From the NCBI RefSeq assembly GCF_006345805.1, contig NC_043006.1, positions 103,168,001-103,232,000 of the forward strand: a DNA stretch of 64,000 nt, read 5' to 3'. This DNA is from Octopus sinensis (lineage: Eukaryota). Below, in pieces: positions 62,870 through 64,000 of the stretch. The translations under genes and the position numbers were made by a program. Numbering within the stretch: the stretch's first letter is position 1; each line of letters begins with the position of its first letter. The notes below the pieces were generated by a model. It saw only the letters and a list, made by a program, of their open reading frames with translations. It searched no databases and was not told where the DNA came from.

Positions 62870-63039
62870 CACGTGTCATCATTGCACACATACACACACA
62901 CACACGCAGACCTCCACGCACGCACACATCCACACTTACACACACATTCCCCCTCCTACGTTCGCTTGTCTTTGACCATTCTACTCTTCTGTCTTTGAAA
63001 ACATCCTTCTTCACCCTTTCTCCTTCCGGTCTTTCAAAA

Positions 63040-63245
63040 TGTGAACACGTGTGTACCGTTGACGATTTTTTTCCTCTGTCTTCCCTTCTCTGGATCTTTC
63101 CTTCTCCTATGTTTCCGACGAAGAGCTCCGCTCGAAACGTTAAGCCCTCCTTATTCCCTTCTTTCCTGACCGTCCAATAATACTATGTTTCTTCCACATC
63201 CTCGCGTTGTTCTGTTTTTTTGTGTTCTCTTGTTTGGATTAACTA
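63040..63245 (+). mobile_element. Second copy of the ~200-bp hammerhead-bearing repeat, ending at (TA)n
   Basis: gttt-CCGACGA-a-gagc(tcc)gctc-GAAA-cg-TT-aagc at 63111-63145 (core U4 changed to C). Confidence 0.7.
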
Positions 63246-63261
63246 TATATATATATATATA

Positions 63262-63333
<72 letters not shown>

Positions 63334-63367
63334 TGTATGTATGTATGTATGTATATATATGTATGTA

Positions 63368-64000
63368 GTAAAGAGTATTTGCCAACATAATGTGACAGTC
63401 CCGGATGGGACGAATGTTACTATTATTTAGCCTCAAGAAGCATCATTTCCAGCTGGCTATACGACACACTATCTGTGTCCTTTTTTTTCGAGCAGGGGAG
63501 TTTAGCATTCCCTCTCAACATAACGCAATATCTGCGTACTGCAGTTACTGGAATATTTCCCATCCTCAGCACAGAATAACTAATTAGCTAGAGATGCCGC
63601 TGCACTGAGCTAATAAATAGAAATATTATCTTTTCTAAATTTCTCTAACATTAAGTAACACTACACTAAAGTAAAGATTATTTGCCAACATAATGTGGCA
63701 GTCCCGGTTGTGACAAATCTTACTGTTCTTAGCCCCAGGAAATATCGTCTCCAGCTGGCTACACGACACACTATCTGTGTCCTTATATTTTCCAACAATG
63801 GTGTTTAGTATCCCCACTCAGCAGAAACCAATATCTGCGTACCGCTGGTTCTGGATATTTATCTCCTCAACACACAGAGTAACTGCTTGGCTAGAGATTC
63901 CACTGCTATATTCCTGTTCAAAAGTATATATAATTTTCAAATATAAGGACACAGATAGTGTGTCGTATAGCCCGCTGAAGATGATGTTTCTTGTGCCTAA
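63368..64000. repeat. ~303-bp repeat: two direct units plus the start of an inverted copy
   Basis: gtaaag..tatttgccaacataatgtg at 63368 and 63671; 63940-64000 is the reverse complement of ttag..caagaa.catcat..ccagc.ggctatacgacacactatctgtgtcctt. Confidence 0.85.

Noticed and set aside
2292-63430. Dozens of ORFs in the track made of YI/HT/VC/LS/poly-T/P/D repeats (e.g. 2292, 5565, 28079, 29107, 30680-31824, 39000-40500, 43155-43801, 53468-54351, 61500-63430)
   Set aside because: They are translations of microsatellites that happen to lack stop codons. They have no domain content and are open in several frames or strands.

Overview
AT-rich, repeat-dominated eukaryotic DNA. I found no host protein-coding gene that I can support. 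The SINE families and dense microsatellites match my recollection of Octopus (cephalopod) genomes; that assignment is inference. Contents: (i) seven fragments of R4/Dong-type non-LTR retrotransposons (RT, CCHC finger, restriction-like endonuclease), most bounded by (TAA)n, five of them stacked head-to-tail over about 6.5 kb (14.3-20.8 kb), plus an older RT relic; (ii) remnants of RTE, CR1-like, CRE-like and Penelope-like retroelements, two Tc1 transposases, three Helitron pieces, a Helentron-associated HINE and fold-back MITEs; (iii) about 25 tRNA-derived SINE copies from at least 5 families that swap head, body and tail modules; (iv) many simple repeats, which explain most of the ORF track. 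The most striking unexplained signal is a recurring type-I hammerhead-ribozyme-like fold (CUGAnGA...GAAA...NUH) in several non-coding repeats. It occurs behind a tRNA/SINE head (36.3 kb), as a divergent inverted pair (34.0-34.3 kb), as a well-paired single copy (56.4 kb), in three ~200-bp (TA)n-abutting repeats, and decayed inside a ~400-bp tandem array (8.6-9.5 kb). All folds and alignments were done by eye; no database search or folding program was run.
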